A stretch of DNA of 64,000 bases from Psammoneis japonica. Taxonomy: Eukaryota. The notes beneath the pieces are model-generated. The model saw only the letters and a list, made by a program, of their open reading frames with translations, was not told the origin of the DNA and did no database searches. A program made the translations under genes and the position numbers. Below are positions 1-12,280 of this stretch, piece after piece. The DNA lies in the NCBI GenBank assembly GCA_008632985.1, contig QPGO01000097.1:186001-250000 (forward strand), written 5' to 3'. Every line of letters begins with the position of its first letter. Position 1 is the stretch's first letter.

Positions 1-692
1 TCCAAGAAAGACATCAAAAGCTTCAGCGGTGTCTCTGGTGCATTTGGAACTTCCAACAGATTAGAATCCACGGATGAGCCAGATGCATTGGAACCCTCAG
101 CTACAATGGCCTCCACTGCCACAGCAACAATGTCGATTTCGCAATGCAGCGGTCCGTCCAGCTCCTCTTGACACTCTTGAGCCACCAAATGGATTTTCTC
201 AAACCACTTTGCATCTGAATCAACAACCTCTACCTTCATCGTTGCTCGGTTGGAACCAGTCTTCCTCCCGGTGCGTCTCGTGAATGTGAACGCACCGCCG
301 GGAAGCTCGTCGCAAGCGGAGCAACCATCGGCTTCAATGTGCGCAGTGATGAAAGGCACTGTTTCCTCGGTGAATGATGCAGTTGTGTCAAACTGACGAT
401 TCGGCTTCAAAGTTTCAAACTTGAATTCGGAGAGTTTTGGCTTTGGTTCTTTGGATGATCCCTTTTTGCTTGGAACAAACACGGTTTTGTCGAAGTGAAT
501 GACAAGTTTCTGAGGCTGCGGCTCCTCGGCTTCTCGTGGGCTTTGTGAGTCCTCTTCAGGATCAGAAAAGTCCAATTTGGAGGCAGAACGCTTTGTACCT
601 CGACTAGAAGCACGACTATTGTGTTCTGGTTGGTTGGTTGCGGGCTGCTTGGCAGCGGAGCGGCGGTTCTTCGCCATGGTTGACAGCGGCAT
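1..692 (-). CDS. Partial hypothetical ORF running off the window start (MPLSTMAKNRRSAAKQ...), possibly TE-derived
   Basis: Hand translation from the ATG at 692 is open for ~230 codons to position 1. It contains no Tyr, and the DNA is TA-poor like the TE blocks. Confidence 0.4.
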   Translation of the reverse strand, partial: MPLSTMAKNRRSAAKQPATNQPEHNSRASSRGTKRSASKLDFSDPEEDSQSPREAEEPQPQKLVIHFDKTVFVPSKKGSSKEPKPKLSEFKFETLKPNRQFDTTASFTEETVPFITAHIEADGCSACDELPGGAFTFTRRTGRKTGSNRATMKVEVVDSDAKWFEKIHLVAQECQEELDGPLHCEIDIVAVAVEAIVAEGSNASGSSVDSNLLEVPNAPETPLKLLMSFL

Positions 693-1308
693 GTTTTGAT
701 CCTCGATTGTAAATTCTAGTGCTTATTTTGTGTACGATTCTACGTGACTATTGAGAGGAACCCGGAAGGTTGTTGTCGAAGAAAAAAAAAAAAAAAAGAG
801 AAACACCTCTCTCTCTCGAACCCTGTGACATTTTTACCTCAAACAGCAATACGCGCTGCCTACAGAAGCGGGATCCAAATTCTTCTTAGGTAGCGTATGT
901 GACAAAATTTCACTTCAACTTACGACTAGATTTACCACATTCCACGTGGCGCGCGACCACGCGCATAGATACTGTACCGTGCGGCGGTGCAGATCTTGCG
1001 GCGCGGCGGCTCGCTCGTGCTACAGTTACCGTTATTAATTATATTTTATTCTCAGAGCTGAATAAAATTTGAAATGAATATGTCTTAATTCGAAATTTGA
1101 TTGGTGGGTTGTGTGATGTTCACATCGCATGTTTCTCGTTTTGTTGATGGTTGATGTCATTGTGTGTGCGTGTTGCGTTCCTTCACCCACCCTTTACTGA
1201 AGTAAGCAACCATTAAGCATTATAAAAAGAGCATAGGAATAAGTCAAACAATCAGGCACGCGACGTGACCTTGCGAAACAAGTAACATTGCTCGCTTCCA
1301 TTTTCATA

Positions 1309-1836
1309 ATGATGTACACCCGCAACATACCGCTAACGGTGTTCTCTTTCCTCATCATGCTAAGATCACTCCATTCAACGTGCTCCTTCACAGTTGATGT
1401 TGTCAGCCTTGTAAGCATCAGGGGATGGAAACCGCAGCAACGAGATCGGAATTCCTTGGGCATAAATGCACCTTTGGAGCATGATCATGCGTACCGGTAC
1501 ACCATCGCTGAGAAATCGCTTCATGCTGAAACGCCGTTTTCGGGAGGACCACCCGGAGTTCACCGTGGCGGGGTATCGAAAACAGCTCGAGAATCTGCCG
1601 TGTTAGCTGAATGGGAACCGATTTCAGAGCTCCAGCGACGAATTGATGAAGGGGTTTACTACGAGCACTGGCCGGATCACGGTCATGACGACTCCAGTAG
1701 AAACAGAAGCAAGCGTACAAAACGCTCACAGGATAGTGACACTCAATCTGTACGTGGAGTTTTTTGCGGATATCGATCGACTCAGGAAGAACGAAATAGG
1801 CTAAAGAGTGCAGACCCAGACAGCCCTAGCGAGTAA
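1309..1836 (+). CDS. Hypothetical protein with hydrophobic N-terminus
   Basis: ORF 1288-1836, first ATG at 1309; normal TA content; protein-like blocks WEPISELQRRIDEG and GVFCGYRSTQEERNRLKSA. Confidence 0.55.
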   Translation: MMYTRNIPLTVFSFLIMLRSLHSTCSFTVDVVSLVSIRGWKPQQRDRNSLGINAPLEHDHAYRYTIAEKSLHAETPFSGGPPGVHRGGVSKTARESAVLAEWEPISELQRRIDEGVYYEHWPDHGHDDSSRNRSKRTKRSQDSDTQSVRGVFCGYRSTQEERNRLKSADPDSPSE

Positions 1837-2061
1837 TCTTTCGATTCATCAAGAGCAAAACATTACTTGTTTTAAGAAAAGAGATTGCCGAATCCACGAT
1901 ATGAGCCATACATACTCTAGAGGGCCCTAGGCAGTCAAGAAGCGAGTATCTCTGCAATGCGCAAAGCGAGAAAGGCGCAAATGTCGATCACTTATAGTTT
2001 GGTAAATGTATCTAAATCTTCATACTGTGAGGCAAGTTGCGTGCGGAAGGTTGAACAATCG

Positions 2062-3994
2062 CTACTTTTCATAAGCCTTCAGGTTGTCCCTCAATATCCG
2101 GCGAAGGATCTTTCCACTCGCAGACTTTGGAATGTTGTCTGTGAACACAACGCCACCATCGAGACGCTTAAAAGGGGCTACTCTTTCCTTTACCCACTCC
2201 TTTATCTCTTCTTCTTTGACATTTCGTGAAATTTCGTCGTCCTTCAGCACGATGTAAGCCCTAGGGAGTTCCCCAGCATCTTCGTCAGGCACCTGGATAA
2301 CCGCAGCGTCGCCAACGTGCTCATTTGTCAACAAAAGCGCTTCCAATTCCGCCGGAGCTACAGGGTAGCCTCGAACTTTGATCAACTCCTTTAGGCGGTC
2401 CGTGATATAGAAGAATCCGTCGTCGTCATAGTATGCAACGTCTCCCGTACTCAGCCATTTGTTCTTGCTGAGGCACTCAGCAGTCCTTTCGGGATCATCA
2501 AGGTACCCCATCATTACTTGTGGACCCTGTTCATCAAGCGTAAAAGAGAAACAATGAGATCTTTCGAGAAGTAGACAAGATGAGACAGAAGCATTTGCTA
2601 TCCAGTCCGGTATCGCACCTTGATCAAAAGCTCGCCCGGCTGGTTGGGCGGTAAGCTGTTACCATCTTCATCGACAATCTTCCCGAAAGTATTTGATACA
2701 AGTGGACCTACGCTACCAGATTTCGAGTTGAAATCTGAATTCAGTGTGCCGAGTGGAGACAACTCGGACATTCCCCAACCCTGCTTCGTATCACACCCGA
2801 TTCGCTGGACCACACCTTTCTCGGCTTCTTCACTCAAGGGTGCAGCCGCAGAGACAATCATTTGCAGTGAACTCATGTCGTACTTCTCGACAACGGGACT
2901 CTTGGCAAGACCCAATATTATCGGCGGTACTATATGAGCTCTCTCGGGCTTATGTTCTTCGACGAGGTTACAAAACACTTCAAGATCAAACCGACCCGAC
3001 ATTGTGATGACCTGTTGCCCTTTCCATGCAGAGTACAACATAGACACAAGAAATCCGTATATGTGAAAGAGGGGAAGCGGCGATATCACTTTGTGGTCCT
3101 AAGGGACCACAAGCAACGAAGACCATCGATCATGTTGAGATGCAGGCTAGTGATGATTAAAAAGAATAGAGAATACGATATTCATCGCAGAGGACTTACA
3201 GATGGAACACTCAATTCCTCAACTTCCGCCATCTGTAGCAAGTTGGCGACTAGATTTGAGTGAGTCAAGCAGACACCCTTGGCTAAACCAGTAGTCCCAC
3301 TTGAGTATGGCAATAAACACGGATGGGAGTCGACATTTTTATGAACAGCATGTACTGTCTCGTCAAAGGTGTCCCCATGGTTCTTCATTGAAGTGAGACT
3401 GATCGTGCCTTCTGGTACTGGTTCGCCTTCGTTGTCCGTAATGACAACGACATGCTTAACAGTTTTGGAATTTTTTGCTGCATCCAGTGCAACCTCCAAC
3501 TTGCTCGAGTGCGAAACAAGCACTGAGGTACGACTCCGATCTAGAATGACGCCAAGTTCATCTTTAGTGTACAGAGGATTAATTGGAGTGAGCTTAGAGC
3601 CACAGAGGGAAACCGCGAGAGATATAGGGAGGTAGTCAACATGGTTAGGCGAGAAGAGTGCAACAGTTGAATCCTCATGGAGTTCCAAATCGTAACGTAA
3701 TGCGGCGCCCACACTTCTTGTGATTTCTCGATAGTCATGAAAAGTTCGTGATAGACCTGTAGAACCGTCGACCATTGCAATTTTGTCTCCCAAGTGTCCT
3801 CGTGGAGCCCAACCCGCGCTTACAAATTCAAAAAGTGGAGGATAAGGACCACTTTCTATCTCAGGGTAAGGGCTTTTCACAATGTTGAGGTCGCACCTGT
3901 CAGCGAGGTTTGAAGTAGACGGCTTCGACGCCATCGATCTGAATGCACCGGGGACTAGCCTCCGAGCTTTCAGTGATAATTTCGACCGTATCAT
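2062..3994 (-). CDS. 4-coumarate:CoA ligase-like AMP-dependent acyl-CoA synthetase; exons 3994-3200, 3098-2619, 2526-2062
   Basis: AMP-binding motif PYSSGTTGLAKGV, plus QGWGMSE, GELLIK/GPQVMMGY, TGD, DRLKELIK and PKSASGKILRR; two GT-AG introns join the ORFs in frame. Confidence 0.93.
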
Positions 3995-4467
3995 ATTTAC
4001 TTCTAGCAGTGAAAAAAGCCAACCAGAATGCTACGAATTCGCAACAAGACCAACGAAGCAGATTGAAGAGTCAACATACATTAGGTGAAGTCAAGGCTGA
4101 AGGCTCGTGACAACAGAAATGTTGTGTGATGTTCTACCGGTACAGTACGTTCTACCGGTACAGCATCGCATGCGCGTGATGTTGATGTCTGTGATGCGAT
4201 GGATGATGGTTCCCCGCCACTGTTGGGGGTTTTGTTCAAAGCCAAAACGAAAACACCTCCAAATCTTTACACAGCCACACTTACAAGCACGTTCTCGCTT
4301 TCATCCGTTGGGCTCCGTTTGGACAGGTACTAATCCTACATGCACATGAATCTCGTAGAGATTTACGTACATCATTGATGACCCTCACACCGCCACATTT
4401 TCCCTCATTCTCACTTTTTTTCGATCTTTCGACCAGAGCAATCCACCAAAACAACAACGACAAGAAG

Positions 4468-6106
4468 ATGTCTACTGGAGACTACAAAGGTGAGCATAAC
4501 TGTGTTGGGATTGTCCAATGTACAAGCTGCCGTTTGCTTAGTTTCAGTCTATTTCAAGACTTGCCTAACAGAAGGGATGCAACACCCCCTTTATGTGCAA
4601 ATCTCTGAACCTTTCTTGAATCATCGTGAAAAGCACTACAGTAGAACTTACGCTTGTGATGTTGCTTCTTTCCTAAAAAAAGTGAAGGATATCTCCCTTG
4701 CTGATTATGGACGCAAGGAGATTGACATGGCCGAGGTCGAGATGCCCGGTCTTATGGCCTGCCGCTCGGAGTTCGGTGGTGCTCAGCCTCTGAAGGGAGC
4801 TCGTGTTTCCGGATCCCTTCATATGACGGTGCAAACCGCTGTTTTGATCGAGACTCTCAAGAGCCTAGGCGCCGATATCCGTTGGTGCTCGTGCAACATT
4901 TTCTCCACTCAGGATCACGCCGCCGCCGCTATTGCTCGTGACGAGTCGGCTGCTGTTTTCGCTTGGAAGGGCGAGTCTCTCGAAGAGTACTGGGAATGCA
5001 CTCTCAATGCCGTCACCTGGCCCGAAGACGATGGAAAAGGTCACGGTATGGATATCATTGTCGACGATGGTGGGGATATGACACTTCTTATCCACGAAGG
5101 AAAGAAGGCCGAAGATCAATTCCTCAAGGATGGAACTCTTCCCGACCCCAGTTCTACCGACAATGCCGAATTTAAGATCGTGCTTACCATTATCAAACGT
5201 CTCCTCGAGGCTGGCGAGACCGATAAGTGGAACAAGATCGCCGCTCGTTGTGTTGGTGTCTCTGAAGAGACCACCACGGGAGTTCACCGTCTTTACACTA
5301 TGGAAAAGACTGGTACTCTCCTTTTCCCCGCCATCAATGTGAATGACTGCGTCACTAAGTCCAAGTTCGACAACCTCTACGGATGCAAGCACTCGCTCCC
5401 TGATGGAATCATGCGTGCTACTGATGTCATGATGGCTGGAAAGAAGGCGGTCATCTGCGGATACGGTGATGTCGGCAAAGGCTGTGCTGCTGCCATGCGT
5501 GCTTGTGGCTGCGTTGTGTACGTGACCGAAATTGATCCCATCTGCGCTCTCCAGGCCTGCATGGAAGGTTTCACTGTTACAACGCTCGATGACGTTGTTG
5601 GTATGGCGGATATTTTCATCACTACCACGGGTAACAAGGGAATTCTCATGGCTGACACCATGTCCAAGATGAAGAACAATGCCATTGTGGGAAACATTGG
5701 GCACTTTGATAACGAAATTGACATGGACGGGCTGATCAAGGCCACCAAGAGAATTAATATTAAACCGCAGGTCGACCGCTTCGAATTCCCCAGCGGAAAT
5801 GGGGTGATCGTCCTTGCCGAGGGGCGTCTTCTCAACTTGGGTTGCGCCACGGGTCACCCCTCATTTGTCATGTCTTGCTCCTTCACCAACCAGTCATTGG
5901 CACAGATTGAACTCTGGACTGAGAAGGACTCTGGCAAGTACGAGACCGGAAAGGTTTACGTACTCCCCAAGATTCTCGACGAGAAGGTTGCTCGTCTTCA
6001 CCTCGACTCCCTTGGTGCCAAGCTCACCGTCCTCTCTAGTGAGCAATCTGACTACATTGGCATCCCTGTTGAGGGTCCCTACAAGCCAGAGACTTACCGT
6101 TATTAG
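4468..6106 (+). CDS. SAHH: S-adenosyl-L-homocysteine hydrolase (adenosylhomocysteinase); exons 4468-4489, 4683-6106
   Basis: Spliced start [21 protein letters not shown]; signatures [62 protein letters not shown]-terminal YRY. Confidence 0.98.
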
Positions 6107-8313
6107 AGTGTCTCTTTATTAACCCGACAGTTTAGAAGAGTTTTTTTACACAGTACGCCCAGTCAGCATTGTATACAAGGTGGTGTAGAACTTCATAACT
6201 GCAGATGCACAACAGGAAGGAGCTCTGAAAGACCTTCATCTTCATCCATCTAGCCCTATCGAGATGAAGGGTGATGCAACCGCTGGCATTGGCAGGAGAG
6301 CGCGGAACTATGAACTACGGTAGTTGTCCCTACACCCTGTTGCCCTGTAAGTAACGTGAGCGGTTGATCCTTCAATCTAGGGCCGCGTGGTGATGGTGGT
6401 TCGTCCTTTCACATCGATTTTGGTGCGTTTGTCTGACGTCTGACCCGCCCGGACTCCGACACGCGATGGACACAGTACACGAAGCAGGGGATCCACCGCA
6501 GAAATGGCAGCTTCTGGCGGAATCGCCCACACATCCAGCACTTGGCAGACAGTGGGTTTTCTTTTCCATGGGCTGATGAGGGCTGGGGCCCTGCTTGGCA
6601 TGATGAGCCTGTGACAGAAATGCAGGGGATTTTGAGTGCTCTGCGGTTTGCTGTGATGGGCACCAGAGAAAGGTGGTGCAGCATGTTCACACCCTCTCTT
6701 TGTTCCAGACATTGACTTTGTGCTGAGTGCTTTGCAAAAGCATGTGCTGGTCATGGAGACATGACAAACTGGCTTGTCCAAGAGGTGGTGATGTGCTGTC
6801 CTCAGATTTTGTGCCACTGGCGGCACAAGTCTCTGCAAGTGCCTGCTGTCAGATGGAGAAATGTGTGCTGAAAAGGAAGCATCCAAACATGAAATGGCCA
6901 AACCCATCAAGAAAAAAAGAGTGTGGTTTGACACTTTCAGATGCAACCTGATGTTGTTGGGATTTCCTCAGTTTTGCTCTTCATTTTTTTCTTTGTGGCG
7001 GCAGCAGAGCAAAAAACAACTCAGCCAACTGCCGAAGTCAATGCCGTGGCAAAATGACAGCACTCCCCAAGTGGAGAACAACAACAAAACAAAAAAGAGC
7101 CACAACAGATGCTGTCAAGACAAGCCACAATCATGAGGAAATTAGAGCTGCCATGAGCTGCAGCTGCAAGACAAGTGCTCTGCACGGCGGGCAAAGTTGT
7201 TCTTTGCCACACTTTTTCAAAAGTGCCGCAATGCTTGTTTGCATCAAGTGTGGTGCTTGCTGTGATGAGAGCATTCTTTGACAGAGTCAAGATCACACAC
7301 AAACTCAACTTGGCAGAGACGGCAGCAATCATTGTTGTGATTTGGACCACAAGAAAAGCAATGGCTGCCACCCGGTCCCCTCACATTGTTGTTGAGGCAG
7401 GGGATTTGTCAAAGCTGTCAGCAAGAAGAATGCTGCCAGTGCAATTGCCAGAAAGTTCAGAAAATGACCGTGTGCAACAGATGGTCAACATTGGAGAACT
7501 CATTTGGTGTTTGGAACAAGGGGTGACTCATCAAGCTTTGGCGGCCAGAGGTCAGTGGGTCTGGACAGTGCCACACTCAAGGCACTGGAGTTGTTGCTGG
7601 GTTGCTTTGTTCTTGTTGGGTTGCTTTGTTCTTGCACAAGGCAGCACAAGCACAAGGAGCACTCTCATGGGCAACTCACCTGCAGCAGAAGTCAAGTGAG
7701 ACAAGACAAGTTGCGCTGAACTGCACAAACAATGTCCGCCCAGCTTCCAACACAAAGTGTCTTGCAAGTCAAGCTGAGCTGAAAAAGAACACCAAGCTTT
7801 TGTGAATGAAGACTGGTCAAGGTTTTTGCTGCAGCTTCAAAAAAATGTCCCAAGGAAGAAACTAAAAAGAGCCAGAGAAAAGAAACACTGTTCACACCCT
7901 TTCTGCTGGCTCAGACCCCACACAAAGTGGGCTTTCATTTGTTGGATGCAGGAAAGCACTTTGTTTTGTAGCAGAAGGAGTGCGCAGCACCAAGAAGTTG
8001 TCCAGGAAAGAGTTGGAAGCCTCTCAAAAGAGCAAGAGAAAGCAATTGCATCACAACCTGGAAACAACAGCTGCAACAGCAAGCCCACAGGAAAAGCAAT
8101 CCAGCAACAGCAGCAGAGTGCACATCAAGGCATTGGGAGAAAAGCTGTCCAAGCATGTCAAGGAAACAGCAAAGAACACAAGAAGTGGCCTCACATGACA
8201 TTTCCAACCTCATTCAACAGTGTGTGTGGTGCAAGAAGCAAAAGAGTTGAGAACAGCAAAGCACAGCAATGTGTGTGGCAAACCATGCTGTGTCAGCTCA
8301 GTGTGCATGTTCA

Positions 8314-9070
8314 TGTTGGAACATTGGGGTCAGTGGCAGTTGTTGGACCATTGGGGTCAGCGGCAGTTTTTGTCATGCAGACACCAGACAGAGTTGCAGT
8401 GTGAGGCACACTGATGATTGTGAACAATGTGGCATGTTTGTGTTTGCAACTTAGATTGAGTTGTGGGTCTTGTGCTCATTTTTTAGCTTGTGCACCCAAT
8501 TGACATTGTGATGATGACTGGTGACAACAGTCAATGTGTTTGCAAGCTGCACAGTGAGTCAGGAGATGGTGAGACCAGCTGTGCAACAGTTGTCAAGCCA
8601 TGAAGCTCCACCAACACCAAAGCCAAAAAGTCACAGAACAACACTCAAAGGAGTGTTGTTGTTCAAGGGCTGGAAAGTTGAGAGACATCCACAGAACAAG
8701 GGCTGGGCAGTCAAGACGGATCTGCAGACAAGGGCTGGGACATCAACAGGAATTCAAATGAAAGGGCTGGGAGATCAGCAGGAGTCTGAAGGCATGCTTG
8801 TGTTGGAAGATTGCAGCAAATGAGCCAGCTGGATGAGGGCAAAGAAATGATCTCCGGAGGGCGTTGCTGCCAAAAAAGCTGTTGAGAGGGTCTGCTGAAG
8901 CAAGGAGGGCATGGCAAAGTTGCATCAAGGTTGGCGAGACAGAGTGCACAGATGTTGGTGAGCCATGATGCACTAACATGAGTCCCGGAAATGTGGGCAA
9001 AGACACAAATGAGTGTGGAAGCATGAAAGACTTCCAGGGCAGAGCAGGCGTGTGCTGCCATTGCCAAGTG
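8314..9070 (+). mobile_element. Degenerate 5' LTR and leader of a copia-like gag element family
   Basis: Starts TGTTGGAACATTGGGGTCAG (start duplicated at 8341); homologous to LTR copies at 12826, 14885, 16483(-) and 26344(-); 8930-9010 matches the reverse complement of 26000-26080. Confidence 0.6.
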
Positions 9071-9189
9071 AGGAAGCCAGGCAAATGGTTCATCAGACCA
9101 CCGAGCACATTTTGTGGACTTCAACACTCTTGCCTCATTTGGAAACCCCTCCATGGATTTGCCCCATTTCTGATTTGGCAACCTTCAAG

Positions 9190-12100
9190 CCAATTCTCCC
9201 AAACACGTCACCACCCATTTAGAAGTTGTGGCTCCCATGGGGCAGAGGCATGCAATGCATTGGCAAGATCTGAGGTGTTGCATGCAGCGCACTCTCTGAA
9301 TCATCATCTGGCCAAACGCTTGGATCAAGTCATGCTGCAGCTCTCATTGGCAGCAGCGAAAGAATGCAAAAGATGCAAGGAACCTGAGTGGTCCCTGAAA
9401 CTTGCAGCTCTGTGGAAACAAGTTTTTGTGCTGTCCAGAATGATTTTGATGTTCCGTGACCACATGAACATTTTCCCTGCAGTCCTCCCTGCCAAACACC
9501 AACTTTCTGACTCCTTCTTACTTTCCACAATGCTGCTTGAATGCTCTGCCATTTTTAGACAGGCTCAAAGTGAGTGTCGCAGGGTTGCCAAAGAAAGCCA
9601 AAAACACTGCTGAGCTGGAATTGGACAGAGAACAAAACAGTCCCACACTCAAGCAAAGATTCGTCTTTGTAACTTGCATTGTGCCAAAGAAACCAAGAGA
9701 GTCTTTTGAAAGATCAATCTTTGTTTGAGTCTACAACCATGGTCATGTGGACAACACATCCAAACAAGTCAACAATTTTTGTGCCAGCCCCCAACCATCT
9801 GTGTTCAACCCATCCCTGTCTCTTCATTCAGATGGCCAATGGTGGTGCAATCTCCTGGATGCTGCAGGACATGAACCAGAACTGCCCAAATGCTCATTCC
9901 ACGCAATCAAACAGGACTTTGCCAAAATTGGCAAGCTGTGCATCCCACCCTGCCATGACAACATTGAAATTGAAATCTTCTCAGCAGATCAATCCACTTC
10001 AAGGTCCAGCAAACAACTTTTGGCGTGTGTCCCACACAAAACTCTTGGTCATTACATTGTGCCAATTGATGCTCAGAAAAGACTCAGTTGAACAAGTTAA
10101 AAATGAAGAGTGCTGCAGCCATGTTGTTCCTGCAGTTTTGTCTACTGGATCAGGTCAAATCCTGGAGGTGTCATCATGCATGTTTTCTGTTGTCCATGAC
10201 GTGCTTCCTCCCCAACTCAAATTATCTCCCCAATGAACCACAAATGGTGCAACAGAAAGCAGTGTGGATCATCTTTGCCAAATGTGGACACAACAGGGAC
10301 ACCAAGCATCTTGTCCTGTGTGGCCCCCAGTGGAGAAGGGAAATCATCAAGGATGCCACTGAAATTGGGAAAAGATGCAAAGGTGCCATGCAAATCACTC
10401 AAAATGTGCAAAATTTTTGTCTGCATGTGTGTGGATTCTGATTGTGCTGCAGCACCCCAAGTTTTGTGTGGGACATTGTTCTGCAGTCCCAGGCAATTTT
10501 GCACAGAAATTTGCTGGATCAACTGTTGTTGATCATGCTTGCAGGTTTTGTTGGTGTCTGATGTTGCCTTGGCAGATGGTCTCACCTTGGACATTGTGAA
10601 AGTAAAAGGAGATCCTTTTGTCTGCAGCAGTGTTGTCCTTGAACAACATTGAGCAACGCAAGCCTGGAACAAGAGCTTGGCACCACCTGCAGAAATTTTG
10701 TGCCTTGTTGTGTCATCCAAACTCCTTTCTCCTGAAAGAGCCACCAGGGAACTGGCTTGTCCCTCCTTCTACAATGAGGATGCGTGTGTCTGCATGCTTC
10801 ACTCCCTCTGAGGAACACTTGCGTGCTCGGAATCATGCAAAGTTTGACATTTTTCCAGTCAAAGGCACTCAAGCAACAATGCTGACAGAGATAGAAACAG
10901 TTCCAGATCTAGCCAAGGAATCCTTCCCAGTTGATTTGACTGCATTGGCAGGTGGGTTTTTGCTCTGCCCTGCACCTCAGTGTCTCTGCAACCAGAAATT
11001 GTTCCCCCGGAGTCCTTCAGTGACTGTCTCCATCCCTCCCACCAGCAGTGTTTCGAGAAGGTGGAGCTGCTGGTGTCTCCTCATGCCTTGGTGCAACTTT
11101 TTATTTCCTCAACACTCACGGCTGGCAGCGATGGATCCAAGGGATGCATCTCAAGTGCAGCCATTCCCTCATTGCCATTCACATCTGTCAGTGGGTGATG
11201 GCACAGTGACCTCCAACTGGAAGACACAGATTTGTCATGTGGCCATCCCCCCAGCTGCTGGAATGCACAGCTGAGTGCAACCAGTGGAGACCGGATGCAG
11301 CGGACTTGACAAATTGGAAATCTCATGCAGCCCTTGTCAAGCAACACTCCAAGCAACATGTCAACACAGTCAAGCTGGTCCACAACCTTCTCCCTGTAAA
11401 TGAAATTATGAACCAATGCAATCCAGTCTGTACCCACACCACTGCTTGACCTGCAAACACCCCATGGAGGATGGGGATCACACATCCTCAGATGCCCAAA
11501 CAACAAAAAGTGGAGAAGAAAATTCTTGCAAGGCCTCTGGCTTCACTGTGATCAGATTGATGCCATGCCACCACTGCAAGATTTTCTTGTAGCCTCCTTG
11601 GAGGCTTGGCTGAAAAACAAAATGATGCATGCTGATGACATCAATTGCAGATGCAGAGCTCTCTGGGAATTCCAATCGGACATTGGATGGCACCAAGCAT
11701 TCAATGGCCATTGTTCTTTTCTTTGCAATGTCACACAATCAGGCCATTTGCATGGCTCAGAAATCCTCAACCAGCACCAAGAGGAGAACAAGCAACCCCC
11801 AAATTGGATGGTGCAGATCAGATCACACACAATGGCTGGAACTCTGGAAGCAGGTCAGCACAACCAGTTGGTTCATGGACACAATGCAGACACCAGGAAA
11901 TCCTCTCAAAGGCATCAAGCAGAGGCTGAATTGACAGCAACATGCAAAAAAACGCCAGGAGCATTTGGCAAAAGATCCCGGAGTTCTGTTGGACAACTTG
12001 GAGGAGCACAAGACTTTCTCTGCAACCAGAACACAGAATTGGATCTCCATGGTCTGTCTCAGACTCAAAGAAAGTTTTGAGGAAGCAAAACATTTGGTGC

Positions 12101-12280
12101 TTTGCAGCACACACACAATTGCCAGCCATTTCCATTGGGTGTCTCCATCTGGAGGTGCTGCAACCAGCCAATTGCATTGTCTTCTGCCGCACCCCTGGCA
12201 GGGTGCACCGGAAGTGTGGGTTGAGTGGTGCCGGTGTTGCAGGGCAAAGGTGTGACAGCACTTTAAATTGGTTTTTTTTT
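9190..12280 (+). mobile_element. Degenerate non-LTR retrotransposon (LINE, diatom Ambal-like) ORF2 remnant
   Basis: Frameshifted motifs WCNLLDAAGHEPELPKCSFH (~9843-9903), PHKTLGHY (~10031), QSDIGWHQAFNGH (~11672) and WLELWK...VHG, resembling diatom LINE ORF2 from recall. Confidence 0.6.

Noticed and set aside
4865..5857. 330-aa antisense ORF inside SAHH
   Set aside because: Shadow ORF from codon bias of a highly expressed gene; no recognisable motif.
4468..6106. SAHH (methyl cycle) beside the silenced block as part of a functional cluster
   Set aside because: Ordinary housekeeping gene; adjacency alone gives no evidence of linkage.
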